Of a stretch of DNA of 64,000 bases, positions 41,491 through 55,149 are shown piece by piece. Each line of letters begins with the position of its first letter. Within the stretch, counting starts at the first letter, position 1. The notes beneath the pieces are model-generated. The model saw only the letters and a list, made by a program, of their open reading frames with translations, did not search any database and was not told the origin of the DNA. The position numbers and the translations under genes are program-made. The DNA comes from Octopus vulgaris. Taxonomy: Eukaryota. Location of the stretch: assembly GCA_951406725.2 (NCBI GenBank), contig OX597819.1, forward strand, positions 57,846,001-57,910,000, in the 5' to 3' direction.

Positions 41491-41610
<120 letters not shown>

Positions 41611-41771
41611 GTTAGTTAGTTAGTTAATTTTGGGGCTCAAAAGCAAAAAGCAAGGCCATGTAGGGGGACATGGAGTTATGTACAGGGTGGTGTTCATGTA
41701 AAGAGTTCAGTCCACTTGAGGTCAAGGGAGACTTTGAACAAAATATGTATATATATATATATATATATACT

Positions 41772-43043
41772 CAGACATCCAAGAAGTAAATGGACACCTT
41801 TAATTTTCAAAATTTCTGATCTAAGCATCTTAATATGTTTTCAGCAGTGTAGAATTTACAATGCAATTATTCTTTTTCATTCCCGGTGCCATTATATTAA
41901 ACATTTGTGAAGAGTAACCATGCCACGCACAAAACCTCAGCACAGCTGTCAGATTTTCAAGATGTCGTATTGTTGGGCAATCTGAGGCTGGTCTTAGTCA
42001 GCGAAAAATTGCCGAAAATCTTCAAATTCCTCTTACTACTGGTGATAGAATTTTAGTGCAATTCAAACGCCAGGGAAAAGAATCAACAGATTCTCGTCCC
42101 GGCCGACCTGGGGCCTCGGAAAGAAACTTCGTGGTTTGAAGAGAATTGGGGGAAACGAACCTCGTTCGAAGGCTTCAGACATTGCAAAACAGCTAGAAGT
42201 TAGTCCAAGAACGTGTGTTACATATCTGCATAAGCTTCGGTATTATGGACGAGTAGCTAGAAGGAAACCTCTCCTTCAACCAATTAATATCATGAAAAGA
42301 AAGAAATGGGCTAAGGTGATGTCAGAAAAATCCAGTTTATTTTGGGAGACAGGGATTTTTTTTATATGAATCCGGATTTGCATTATTTTCAGACAGTGGA
42401 CGTGCTTGGGTCTGGAGGTTTCCCAATCAAGAATTTGATTTGAAACGACTCCAACCAACTGCGAAACATGGCGGTATCCCTGTAATGGTATGGGGAGCTG
42501 TCACCAGCAATGGCCGTTCTGAGCTGATCGAATGTGTTGGAACTATAAATTCTGAAAAATACATCGAAATACTTAAGCAATGACTACTTCCGATGTATTC
42601 ACATGATAACATAACGAAAAATGAGTCTTTATTCATGGAAGATGGGACTCAATGCCGCACAACGAAAAGGACTCGACAATGACTGACTGGAAATGGGATC
42701 AAAAAGCTTCCTTGGCTGAACCAATCTCCTAATAGGAACAGAATTGAAAATATTTGGAGCATACTAGATAGAGATATACGAAAAGCACGACAGAAACCTA
42801 AATCTAAAGATGAATTTGTTTCGATTGTTGCATGAAAAGTGGGCAGAAATTCCACAAGAGACAATCACAAAGCTCATCAGTTCAATGCCAAAAAGAGTTT
42901 CTAAATTAAAACCTGCAAAGGGAATGTCAACTAAATACTAAAGTATATAGTCCTGCCTATCGATTACATTTCAATTGTTCGCTTTGCATATTAAATGAAA
43001 GAATTTGAAAACTAAACGTGTCTATTTACTTCCTGCATGTCTG
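41772..43043 (+). mobile_element. Full-length but inactivated Tc1 (DD34E-type) transposon
   Basis: TIRs CAGACATCCAAGAAGTAAATGGACAC and GTGTCTATTTACTTCCTGCATGTCTG; disrupted ORF ~41920-42941 with GRVARRKPLL, KHGGIPVMVWG, FMEDG, QSPNRNRIENIW, SSMPKRV..GMSTKY*. Confidence 0.93.
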
Positions 43044-43081
43044 TATACATACATACATACATACATACATACATACATACA

Positions 43082-43115
<34 letters not shown>

Positions 43116-43124
43116 CATATATAA

Positions 43125-43500
43125 TGGCTGCCCCCTCGTTATCGAGTTTGGCCATTGCACGAAGCTTAACTGTTACTGGTGCTGTGATCGAATGTGACTT
43201 TTTAGCCCAGCTAAAGAACTACAATGTCTTGTACAGAATTGGCAACTAATACCTTTACCGGTAATAGCCGGCTGTAGTTGTAACTGGGCTTCATGTACCT
43301 TTGCATGTCGTCTAAGTCCTCCTGCCGAATTACACTCTCTTCCACATGCCCGACAGATATGATTAGTATGGTGTGTTACACAACCACCAGTAGCCAGGAT
43401 GTCACTCATCTGTCTCGCTTTATGACTACGAAGATGACTCTTGAGTCCAGCTTTACTGAGGCAGGGTCTTGCACAGACATTGCATGTCAGCATCAAAGGG
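43125..43500 (-). mobile_element. RTE-type LINE 3' end with three C2H2-like zinc fingers
   Basis: CNVCARPCLSKAGLKSHLRSH / CRACGRECNSAGGLRRHAKVH / CQFCTRHCSSLAGLKSHIRSQH*, then a short tail AAACTCGATAACGAGGGGGCAGCCA next to a microsatellite. Confidence 0.7.
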
Positions 43501-44786
43501 AGACCCTTCCCATCAGGCGAATCGAGGAATATATTCTTTTGCGCCAAAAACGCAATCGACCTATGAACCAGCAACAGACACACCTTGTGTATGTGTTCGA
43601 TTTTGCTGCTATACCCCTAGCTGCTTCTAATTCGGCATCGATAATTACATGTTTAGTATTGAGATCGATGTAATCGACTTGCATTCTCCTCTCCAAATTT
43701 GCAGGCATTGTGCTAAAATGTGAAAGCAATATTGTGTTATCTTTATGTACTCTCACTTTCTTTTATATTTTTGTTCGATTGCTCATCCATATTTCAAGAA
43801 ATTAGTTCTATCGCTTCATTAGTTTCAATTCTTCTACATATATGTAAAATTGCTTCCAAGTTTGCACAGTTTGAAGAGCGTAAAGCAATTAAGTATGTCG
43901 TTTATTTAGCCAAGTAAATATTTGATCGAATAATTGATGCCTCTTTGTCAAAGGACAGAGATCCAAAACTATCATCATATATGAAAGTGTGTGCATGTAC
44001 GTATGTATGTTTGTGTGTATCTATGCGTTTATGTATGTATTGTGCACTTGGATCGCTGTCGTTAGACGAAAAGTAATGTTATTCAGTGAACTGAAATAAC
44101 TGAATAACGTGTAATCAACTGCGCATTCCTCAGACATGTGTTCCCCTAACGTAATCACATTGACACAGCGAATCACATTGAGAATCACAAAGACATGTGC
44201 GGGATACACAATTATATCTTTTGATTAAAAGGTATAATATATTCAACGTTAAAGGCCCGTGATTTAATGGTTAAAATATTTGGCTCACATTTGTAGAGGT
44301 GCAAAATGAGTAAAGTTTTGTTCGGTTCAAATATACACGTTATATATTTTCGCTTCTAAGGGCAATTTCACTACAGTTTACCGCAGAAAAAATTATTCTC
44401 GTCAAATGAAAATGCACCATACTCAGCTGCCTTCACGCTAATACGAATGTACTGACTAGGCGAGCAGTGAGCGTATGTCAGTCATTACTATTGATTGTTC
44501 GAGTATAAAACCACCGCTTTCTGTTCAGCTCATGGTTATCTCTCTTTGGTATCTCCTACTGAGGAGGTTATAACAAACCAGAAATGTATCTCTGTTTCCA
44601 AGAGAGGATGTCACAGAGGTGATAAAAATGTATTTCTACCTTCTATCATATGCCTGAGATTTTTCTTTTTCTTTTTCTTTTTTTACCCAGCGCTAAACAA
44701 CATTGAGATTGTTTTAAGAAGTGAAAATATGTCACAAACATAGTTAAGTTAATCTAAAGTTGCTGCATCTATATACGTGAATATAT

Positions 44787-44843
<57 letters not shown>

Positions 44844-44979
44844 GTACCTATGTTTGTATCGATGTACGTATATATAGGCATCTATATTTATATATCTCTA
44901 TGTATGTATATGTATATATATATATAAGTGTGTGTGTGTGTGTGTGTGAGTATGTATGTATGCATATACATGTGTGTAG

Positions 44980-45010
<31 letters not shown>

Positions 45011-45029
45011 TGCATATTTATGTGTGTAT

Positions 45030-45096
<67 letters not shown>

Positions 45097-45261
45097 TATA
45101 TATACATTCAAAAACACAAAGGAAGACAATTTTATGTTCTGTTCTCTCATTTGACCTATCTATGCATTTCTGATACTTTTATTCTGTCTATTCAACAAGT
45201 TACACACACAGTCTTCCCCATATAATATATGTATGTATGAGTGTGCACATATAAGTATGTA

Positions 45262-45297
<36 letters not shown>

Positions 45298-45709
45298 TGT
45301 ATGTATACGCACACGTTGAGTTAGAGATATAAGTGGATAAACATATGCATATATGGACAGGCATAAGCATCTACAGGTGTCTGTATGTGTTCAACTTATA
45401 TAAGACGTTTATAAGCACTAAGCTAGGTAAAGAACATGAGGCTCTCCGAAAATAGTCGGTTGACATATCTGTCTACCTACTTATCTTTCAATTCGACCAT
45501 GTATCTTCCAGTCATTTTGGTTTTCTTCTCACCCTCTTTCTTTATCTCTCACCTTTTGCGTTTCTTGTCAGTTTACTTTCCATTTTTAAATTCCAGTTTA
45601 CATTATATTTCACATTGTCAAAATTTTTCGTCACCTATCTCGCTTTCTCTTCATTTTCCGTCAGTTTTACTCATCTCTTATCTAACTCTGGGTCTCTATC
45701 ATTCTTTTC

Positions 45710-45780
<71 letters not shown>

Positions 45781-45894
45781 GTCCTTCTCTTTCATTCTCT
45801 CATTTATTATCTGTCCCTCTACGTGCGTACCACTCTGTCTTCTTCAATTCTCCGTACACATTCCTCCGTCAAACTCATTTTTCTCTCCTTCAGT

Positions 45895-46120
45895 TCCTAA
45901 CTTACGTTTTTACTTCAGAGTTCAGACTCAGTAATATTTCGTCTGTCTTTACGTTCTGAGTTCAAATTCCGCCGAGGTCTACTTTACTTTCATCCTTTCC
46001 GGGTCGATGAAACAAGTACCAGTTACGCACTGGGGTCGATTTAATCGACTTAATCCCTCTGTCTGTCCTTGTTTGTCCTCTCTATGTTTAGTTCCCTGTG
46101 GGCAATAAAGAAATAGATAT
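45895..46120 (+). mobile_element. SINE family B, 5'-truncated
   Basis: TTCTGAGTTCAAATTCCGCCGAGGTC...GTGGGCAATAAAGAAATAG. Confidence 0.85.
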
Positions 46121-46357
46121 TTTCTGGGTATTTTATTCTTTTCGTCTTTTCTTCTTTTCTTCTCTTATTTGTCTTAGTCATTTGACTGGGGTATTACTGA
46201 GTACACACACACACACACACATACGCGCGCATGCACTCTTTCTCTCCCTCTCTGTCTCATTCTCTATCTGTCTATTTTTCCACATCTTTTCTAAATCCAC
46301 ACCTACTTTCGAACTCCCATGTCACATACCCCTTATTCACATCTTTCATTCTTACTT

Positions 46358-46409
<52 letters not shown>

Positions 46410-46582
46410 TCTTTCTCTGTCTTTCTCTTTCTTTTACTCTCCCTTTTCAATGTACCTTATAACGCCGTACTCTACATCCTGTACTCCTGTTCTTCATTTT
46501 ATTATTCCCTGCTACGCTATTATTGTAATCATCATCATCATCATCATCATCATCATTACTATAATTAATATTACAATTATTA

Positions 46583-47140
46583 TTGAGTGAGAGAGCAGTG
46601 CATGCCATCAAAGTGACACTGGGGTAAAATATATGAAGCCCAGTACACCCATCATGACAACCGTCTGATAAGGGTGCACCAGGCACATGCATCACAACCA
46701 TATGTGCGCGACATGGTGATCTCATATCTAGACAAACAGCGCGCGACCTTGCAGGTTGGGCCCAGTTAGAATTTTCTTCAGTTCGAGTAGCCCATCCTGC
46801 TCAAAAGGTCCCTGAATACGGATTGTTTAAGGATGATGAACGAAACACTTATATTTCCAAAGGCGAATTATTCAAACCCCAAAGAATTTCTCTCAACACA
46901 TGGCTATGATGCTCCCCCACTACTTCTGCTCGTGATCAGAGATGCACATATCGTCAGCCACTAAGATACATGCTCAACTGGTTATGGTCAAACAAGTGAC
47001 AAGAATATCTGTGGTAATGAGCAGAATATTTGCTGTAGCCCATCTTTTATACCAAGACAAAACAATGTACATGATAACACTTCCAATCAGTTAAGATTAG
47101 AAGCCATGAGAGATACTGTCTCGTACTGCATCAGTACATA
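46583..47140. mobile_element. ~560-bp non-coding element flanked by (ATT/CAT)n, possibly R4/Dong-associated
   Basis: Discrete GC-richer block between trinucleotide tracts with no coding motif. Confidence 0.45.
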
Positions 47141-47510
<370 letters not shown>

Positions 47511-49837
47511 TACGTTTGACATTTGCGTTGTATTTGTACAAGCTGACTCCAAGTCTCACCCAGAGACCTCAAGAGAAAACAAGTTAGAAATTCATGTTGG
47601 TGCCTGGGGTGTCATATATGGTTTTGCACACAGTATTGTTCTAGAGAATGTCTAAGTAAACAAGAAAATTCTGAGTTTGTTTTAAAATTTGAGATTACAT
47701 AGACAGTATTTTACGTAGAATATGGACAGTTCCCATTAGCACTATCTTTTGAATTTCTGCAATTTTGGGGTTTCCTAGTATCCTAGCTAGGTAGGAATCA
47801 GCTCCTTTTGCAATCATTCCTAGGGCACCTATGACAACAGGTAGTGTTTTAGCATTCAGGTTCCACATTTTGTCAATTTCTATTTCAAACGTTTATATTT
47901 GCTGTTTTTGATAGGCCTTGACAGATACATTTAAGTAGATTGGGACAGTCATATCAATGAGAAGGCATGATTTTTGTCTGCAGTCTTTCAATATAATGTC
48001 TGGCCTATTCGCATTTATCTTTCTGTCAGTTTGAATGTTGAAGCTCCAGAGGAGTAAGATGTGATTATTTTCAAGCACTGGAGGTGATTTGTGTTCTCGC
48101 CAGTTTTTATCATGGGGCAGGTCCAGATTTTTGCATATTACCCAGTGAGTATGTTATGCTACTCTATCATGCCTGTTGAGAAACTCTGTAGGTGCATGAA
48201 GGCTGCACATGGAGACAACATTATCAATGGTTTCATTTTGTCTTTGACATACACATGTTGAGATACTGCCGTTCTTTAATACGTTTGCTTGATAGTTTCT
48301 TGTAGATAGGCATTGATCTTGGGCTACTATGATAATCCTTTCTGTTTTTGATTTTAAGCCAGATGACACTAACCATTGATAAGTAAGGGCTTTGTCAACA
48401 TCGGCATTATTCGCTCTCTTTGAGTTTTTCTTGCCATTTATCATTAAGAATATCTAAAGCAGCAGTTTTAGCACGGGTTTTTAAATGTTTAGCTTTTTCT
48501 GCGTTTGTTTCTAGTACGTCTAATTCTGGAACGTGTTGTATTTGGAATTCACTTAGATATTCCTTTACCTGACTTGTTACTGTTTCCATGCTTTAAGACA
48601 AGTTTTAACATCCAGTCATCAGAGTTTTTCAGGTAGATGTTTAGGCCAATTGTGAGAATCTTCATTGTTAATTCAAGTCATAAAAGTCCACGGCCTCCCT
48701 CTTTTCTTGGCAGGTAAAGTCGTTCTATATCTGCCTTAAGGTGGTGCATTCTATGCATTGTTCACAATTTTCGTATTTTTCTGTCAAGATTACATATTTC
48801 AGTAATTGACCAGTTAATGATATTGAAACTGTAAGTCACATTAGATATAGCTAAAATATTTATCGCTTCGATCTTGTTTCTTGCATTCAGCTCTGTCTTG
48901 AGTATTGCCCTTGCCCTATGATAACATTCTCTTCTGGTCCTTTCCCTCATTACTGAATGCTTGATTCTGTCTCCTTCAAAGGTATTTGTAGCTGTGCGCT
49001 GGTTCTAATTCCTTTATGACATTCTGCTGGTCAAGATTAACATTGGATCTTTCTGCAATGTTTTCATTGAGAAAATTCTGAGGCGGTGTTGGGTCAATTT
49101 CTGTGTGACTTTCTTCATCTATTTGATTTTCATCTGCCCTAGTCTTTATGGTTGGTTCAGAGAGTGCTTTACTTTGCTTATCAGTTACAGTAACTCTTTA
49201 AATTATTACTGCATTTTCATCAGAAGTGGGTTGCTCTAAAAATATTTCCTCTATAGTATCTCCTTTAACTGCAACTTCGTTCCTTTTATCCCTTACTGAT
49301 TGTTTAATTTGGTCAGTCTCTAATTCAGTTAGTAACTTCTTTTTCAAGATGTTTCTTCTGGCGTTGACAGGTTTGTTACTGTCAATGCAGGGTCTTACTT
49401 GAATATGTTTCTGTCTTCAATTTAAGTAGGTTTGTTCAGTATTGAATTCATTTGTGGGGAAATACATGGCATAATAGAAGGCCTTAAGATCCTCTTTATT
49501 ATCTCCCCTAAACCATTTTTCATTCTTTTACTTTTGATTATTTGATAACGAGCATGGAGGGCCATCTGTTGAAATATTCTGGTTGAGGGTTACTTCCAGC
49601 TCCTGTGTTTCAGAAAAAATTGAACCGGTAGCTGATTTTTCGTACCCAATCTGGTTCTTCACTCGGATACGGGACCATTGGTGCTCCGCGTGATAGCCGA
49701 TTCGGTTTATATTTTGCTTTGTTATCATTGAGGCATGACGAGCTTGGACGTTGACATTAGTGGGGTGGATCTGTCTGTTTAGGGTTAATTCTTTTGAGAC
49801 AACACCGCCTCAGAATTTTCTCAATGAAAACATTGCA
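47511..49837 (-). mobile_element. R4/Dong-clade LINE, internally deleted (RT core missing) and degraded
   Basis: N-terminal RRNILKKKLLTELETDQIK; C-terminal ILKTELNARNKIEAIN, LYLPRKEGGRGL, AQDQCLSTRNY, C..C...ETIDNVVS.C...RHDRVA, RPDII, LIDMTVP, PVVIGALG; 3' end abuts (TAA)n. Confidence 0.9.
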
Positions 49838-49844
49838 CGTAACG

Positions 49845-50073
49845 TAGCTTCATAAGGCTAACAGAAAAATACTCCCCCACTACTGTCCTGACCTCGTCTA
49901 CAGGATTCATATTCTTTCCACCCAAATGATTTTGAAGACAGCGGAATAAATGATATTCAGATGAGGTGAATATGGTAGGTGGGGCATCGTTTCCGATTCA
50001 AGTTGCTCCAGCCTTTGGAATGTCATCCTCGCTGTATGTGGGGGAACATTATCCTGATGGAAGAACAACTTCG
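49845..50073 (-). mobile_element. mariner transposase fragment
   Basis: FFHQDNVPPHTA...HLPYSPHL; near duplicate of ~51415-51622. Confidence 0.85.
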
Positions 50074-50573
50074 TCTGTATTTTCTTCTCCGAGCATAGTT
50101 TTTTGTTCACTCTATCTATGTTAGTTAGAAAAAAAAATTATTGTGTTTTGCTTTCTGTTCTATGCTTTGTTTGTGGCATGTGTTTTCATACGCGTCTATG
50201 CGTGTCCTGTAAATTTCACGTATTCGTGTAAACATTGGGATGTATGTGTAGTCCTATGGGTATTATAATGCATGTAATGTGTAGACATTCGAGTATATGC
50301 GTAGGTAATCAATTTACAAACTTACTGCTTTGTTCTATTCATATTTTATAACTTGTAAACTTCCCAATGTTGATTTCGCGTGTGTGTTTCGCACATGATT
50401 CACTGAGACATCGTGCATAGGAGAAACTGCGCTTTGTATGGGAGAAAAAAATTCGTTTCTGCGATTATTTTCGTTTAAATTCCGTTTCCTCCAAGTCTTC
50501 TACAGGTTCGTTTATCCCATTCCACCGATGTTATTAGATTAGAATTGTTTTTGAATGGACAGCCCGATGTAGC

Positions 50574-50575
50574 AC

Positions 50576-50621
<46 letters not shown>

Positions 50622-50644
50622 TGATGATGATGATGATGATGATG

Positions 50645-50707
<63 letters not shown>

Positions 50708-50785
50708 GTCGTTGTTGTTGTTGTTGTTATCATTATTATTACTATTATTGTTGTTGTCGTTATTATTATTATTGTCATTATTACT
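50574..50785. repeat. Compound (AAT)/(GAT)/(ATT)/(GTT) microsatellite
   Basis: Read directly. Confidence 0.95.
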
Positions 50786-50831
50786 TTCGTTCTTCGTATG
50801 TATGCATGTACATATGTACAGTCCCATTGCG

Positions 50832-50957
50832 TAAACTTTGGACAAGAATCTTCTGCTATAGCCTCGGGCCGTCCAAAGCCTTGTAAGTGGATTTGGTAGA
50901 TGGAAACTGAAAGAATCCCATCGTATATATATGTGTGTGTGGTGTGTGTGTGTGCGT

Positions 50958-50994
<37 letters not shown>

Positions 50995-51220
50995 GTGTGT
51001 GTGTGTGTGTATATTTGTGTGTGCGTGTTTGTCCCACACCATCGCTTGACAACCGATGTTGGTGTGTTTACATTCCCGTAACTTAGTGGTTCAAAAAAGA
51101 CCGAGAGAAACAGTACTAGGCTTACAAAAATAAGTCTTGGTGTCGACTTGTTCGACTAAAGGCGGTGCTCCAGCATGACCGCAGTCAGATGTCTGGTGAC
51201 TGAAACAAGTAGAAGAATAA
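50832..51220 (+). mobile_element. SINE family A, 5'-truncated
   Basis: CTATAGCCTCGGGCCG...GGCGGTGCTCCAGCATGACC. Confidence 0.85.
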
Positions 51221-51257
51221 ATGAATACATACACACATATGTATATACATATATACA

Positions 51258-52155
51258 AAAATAATGCGATTTTTTTATACTTCTATTACTTTTCAAAATT
51301 AAGATAAAGTTATATTTTTTAATCTAAAATATTCTGTCCTTAATTTTCTACAATGCTCTTCCAACTATCTGGTAGACTTGCAAGGCCCCTCTTCCACATT
51401 TCACTTGTCCGTGACGAAAAATACTCCCCCACTACTGTCCTGACATCGTCTACAAGATTCATATTCTTACCACCCAAATGATTTTGAAGACAGCGGAATA
51501 AATGATATTCAGATGAGGTGAATATGATAGGTGGGGCATCGTTTCCAATTCAAGTTGCTCCAGCCTTTGGAATATCATCCTCGCTGTATGTGGGGGAGCA
51601 TTATCCTGATGGAAGAACAACTTTCATCTTGAAACCAACGATGTTCATTTTCCGATGGCACGCAGATGTCGATGAATGGTTGACTGACCAAATCCTAGCT
51701 TCTCTGCTAGTGCCTCAACAGTTACGATGAGGTTTTGTTCCACCAGGGTTTGCGGGACGTCCCCGTCGAGCTCTACAGATCTCCCAGGACGGGGATCTTC
51801 TTCCCGGCTGTAGTTTCCGGCTCCGAATTTCTGGAACCACCGTTGACACTGGCATACGCTTATTGTCCGATCTCCATATACTGTATTAATATTCCTCGCA
51901 CTTTTCTGGCGTTGTTGCCTTTATTGAACTCACAAAGCAAAATATGCCGAATATGCTCCTTTGTTACTTCCAATTATAGCTTTGAAAAAATAACTGTTAA
52001 AATCGAATTGCAATCTTCAGACCTCGCACTACGAATAAGGACAATTAAAATTACTACCTGCTTTTATAGCAAGTTGATGCAGGTAGTTTATCCCACCCCC
52101 AATTCGACATTTATTTCATGCTATTGAAAAACCGCATTATTTATGGGATGACCAT
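51258..52155 (-). mobile_element. Internally deleted mariner (DD34D-type) element
   Basis: TIR AAAACCGCATTATTTATGGGATGACCATA at the right end, eroded AAATAATGCGATTTT at the left; peptides EHIRHILLCEFNKG, RWFQKFGAG, HQDNAPPH. Confidence 0.85.
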
Positions 52156-52243
52156 ATATATATATACATACATACATACATACAATATATAATATATATA
52201 TATATATATATATAAATATATAAATATTATATATAAAATATAT

Positions 52244-52321
<78 letters not shown>

Positions 52322-52341
52322 CAGCATTGACATACATATAT

Positions 52342-52412
<71 letters not shown>

Positions 52413-53813
52413 TCAGCTGAACCGGATGGAATGATGTATTGCCGTACACGCAATTTCTGCAAGAAAAGTCCAGTTCTTCACGTAAGCTAATTACAATTAT
52501 TATACTTTCGAACAGACACAAACAATCACAACAACAGCAACAAGAACAACAGTAGCAGCAGGAACATGAGCGATAACGTGAATAGCAACAAAAAATTCAG
52601 CAGAAGCAAGAAAAAACCAGCCACATGAAATCTGTTCAAGATTGATTTATTTCGCATTTTTCAGTGTTGGGAGGTCGGTTTTGCGGTTCTTTTGTTTTCG
52701 TTTTTATGATTGTTTTTTTTTATCTTAATTTCGCCCATTCACCATATAGAAAATTGTTTGTCTTTCATATCACTCTCTCCCCCCCTCTCTCTCTCTCACT
52801 CCTTCTCTTTTACTCTTTCTCCCTCTCTCTCCCTCTCTCTTCCTGCTGCAAAGTTTTCATCTTCGTTAACTTTCCATTCCTCTCCTATTTTTACGTTTCC
52901 AGTTTCACCCTTAGCTTCTTCATTCCTTTCTCCTCTGCCGTTTTCTTCTTCTTCTTCTTCTTCTTCTTCTTCTTCTTCTTCTTCTTCTTCTTCTTCTTCT
53001 TCTTCTTTTTCATCATCATCATCATTATCATCATCAATATTATTTTCTTTCCCCACTCTCTTTCGCTTCTTCTTTCTTGTATTCACCTCCTCCTTTCCAT
53101 CCACCTTCTCTTCCCATTTCTACTTCTAATCATTTTCTTCTTCCTTTTCTTCGTCTTTTACTTCCTTTACACCTTTTTCTCCCCCACTTCCTACAACTCC
53201 TTCTTCATCTACTTCCCTCCTCCCCTCCTCTTTCTTCGTCTTCTCTTTCTTCTTCTTCTTCTTCTTTCTCTCCTTCTTCTCCTCCGCCCCACCCTGCTCT
53301 TATTTATTTCTCTTCAGTTTCATATTTTTGTTACATTACCATTTAGTTTTCTAGAACTTTCTATTTCGGCTTTTCTCCTTCACGCTGTTCTTGTCCTTCA
53401 TCCTTCTTTCTAACTGCTTGTCATTTTATAATTGTTCTTTATCTTAAGCATTTAGTTTTTATACATATGTGTGTGTGTGTGTGTGTGTGTGCGTGTATGT
53501 ATGTATGTATGTATGTATGTATGTATGTATGTATGTATGTATGTATGTATCGCTTATTTACAGTTTCGGTCCAATATTTTTCTTTCGAATATTTTCGATA
53601 TTTCCTTGTTCGATCAGTTACAGGAAATATTGTAACAAATTGACCTTCACATTACCCCTTGCAAGTTACATCAACTTACTATAATTGCATACACACACCT
53701 ACATATATATGCGTATGTATGCATATTTGTGTATATATACATACATATGTGTGTGTGTGTGCTTCCGCGTGTATCTATGTATATACATATACATATGTAC
53801 GTATGTATGTATA

Positions 53814-53844
<31 letters not shown>

Positions 53845-54091
53845 AGATATAGATATATAGATATATATAATCTAATACATGGAAAGAATTTTGTTTTATA
53901 GGGATGGAAACATCCAATTTTCACTAATTCAACTGGGTTAATGCCCAATACCGTAGAAAATAATTTCTACAAAACAAATGGGTATATATATTCAATACAC
54001 AAATAACAAAATGAAGATGGAGAGTTCAATAGATATATATGTTAATTTATTAACATATTATATCATTATAATGATATAAATATTAATAATC

Positions 54092-54186
54092 CCTAGAATT
54101 GTTTCAATTCAAACCTGAAACCTATAACAAATTTATAAAAATTCATATTTTGGAAAAACAAATTCAGTAAAAATCTCATCAGGGCA
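54092..54186 (-). ncRNA. Degenerate hammerhead motif with long stem II
   Basis: Reverse complement CC CTGATGA GATT...AATT GAAA CAATTC TA GG; weak stem I; lies upstream of and opposite to the PLE at 55.2 kb. Confidence 0.45.
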
Positions 54187-54267
54187 AAATAGAGCAGAAA
54201 TTACATGTTAGAAACTTGTGATCCTAAAGCATACTGTGTATGTTTTTATAAATTTGTCCACTCACTC

Positions 54268-54335
<68 letters not shown>

Positions 54336-54398
54336 GAACATAATATTTCTTATCAGGGACTAATAGACTTGGCACCGTTCATTAATCGGTGGGCATTC

Positions 54399-54436
54399 AA
54401 AGCAATGATTAGTAACTTACGAAACCGGTATGCTTT
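54399..54436 (+). ncRNA. Minimal type I hammerhead with A3-U8 core variant
   Basis: AAAGCA ATGATTA GTA-ACT-TAC GAAA C-CG-G TA TGCTTT; perfect 6-bp stem I, palindromic ACCGGT, GUA site at 54428-54430. Confidence 0.8.
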
Positions 54437-55149
54437 CGAATCTCTTTAATAATTCACAATAATGACTTTTATTACTTTTATTCCTACCTCTGTTCATCTA
54501 ATTGTATATATCTTTCGTTATTTTTCATAAAAAGCCTTTACTTTTTTTATTTCCAATGTGCATTTTCGCTTATTTTTCTTACTTTCCCCTTACATTACCA
54601 CGTATAGTCTCTATTTTCTTTTTGTAACATATTTCTATTATATATATATTAGAAAAAAGGAGTAGAGATGGCTTTTGAGGGATACTTTTTATTTTAATGA
54701 TAATGTTTACAGTTACTTTCATGAGTTTCGAGTTTTTCGATAACCGTTTGCAATCTGAAATTCTGTGGTTTAGATGGTTGTTTGTATATAGCAAAAGATT
54801 TTTTCGTACAAGTATACAAAAAGAAAAAAGAAAAAAAGAAAAACAAAAGGTAAAAAATAATAAATAAATAGTATAAAAACTAATATAAAGTAATATAAAA
54901 ATTATAAAAGAATGCAAAAAGTAAATACAACACCATGCGTAAAAAAAAGAAGAAAAGAAAAATTGAAAAACAGAAAAAGAAAAGGTGGAAGGTAAGACAA
55001 CACATAGTAGTTGAGATTGGCAGTGAGAAGAGATTAGTGTATCAGGAATAAAGAAATGGAATATTTTTAGGAGTGTTCAAAATGGTTGTTGAGTTCTTGT
55101 CAAAAGATGATTTTGTGAATCTTTTGAGGTCATTTTGTTCATTTTTCAC

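Noticed and set aside
43590-43985. Protein-like minus-strand stretch upstream of the zinc fingers
   Set aside because: Interrupted by stops, with no family motif recognised.
44553-44600. CTGAGGA GGTT..AACC A GAAA TGTA TC
   Set aside because: Core-like, but no stem I pairing could be found.
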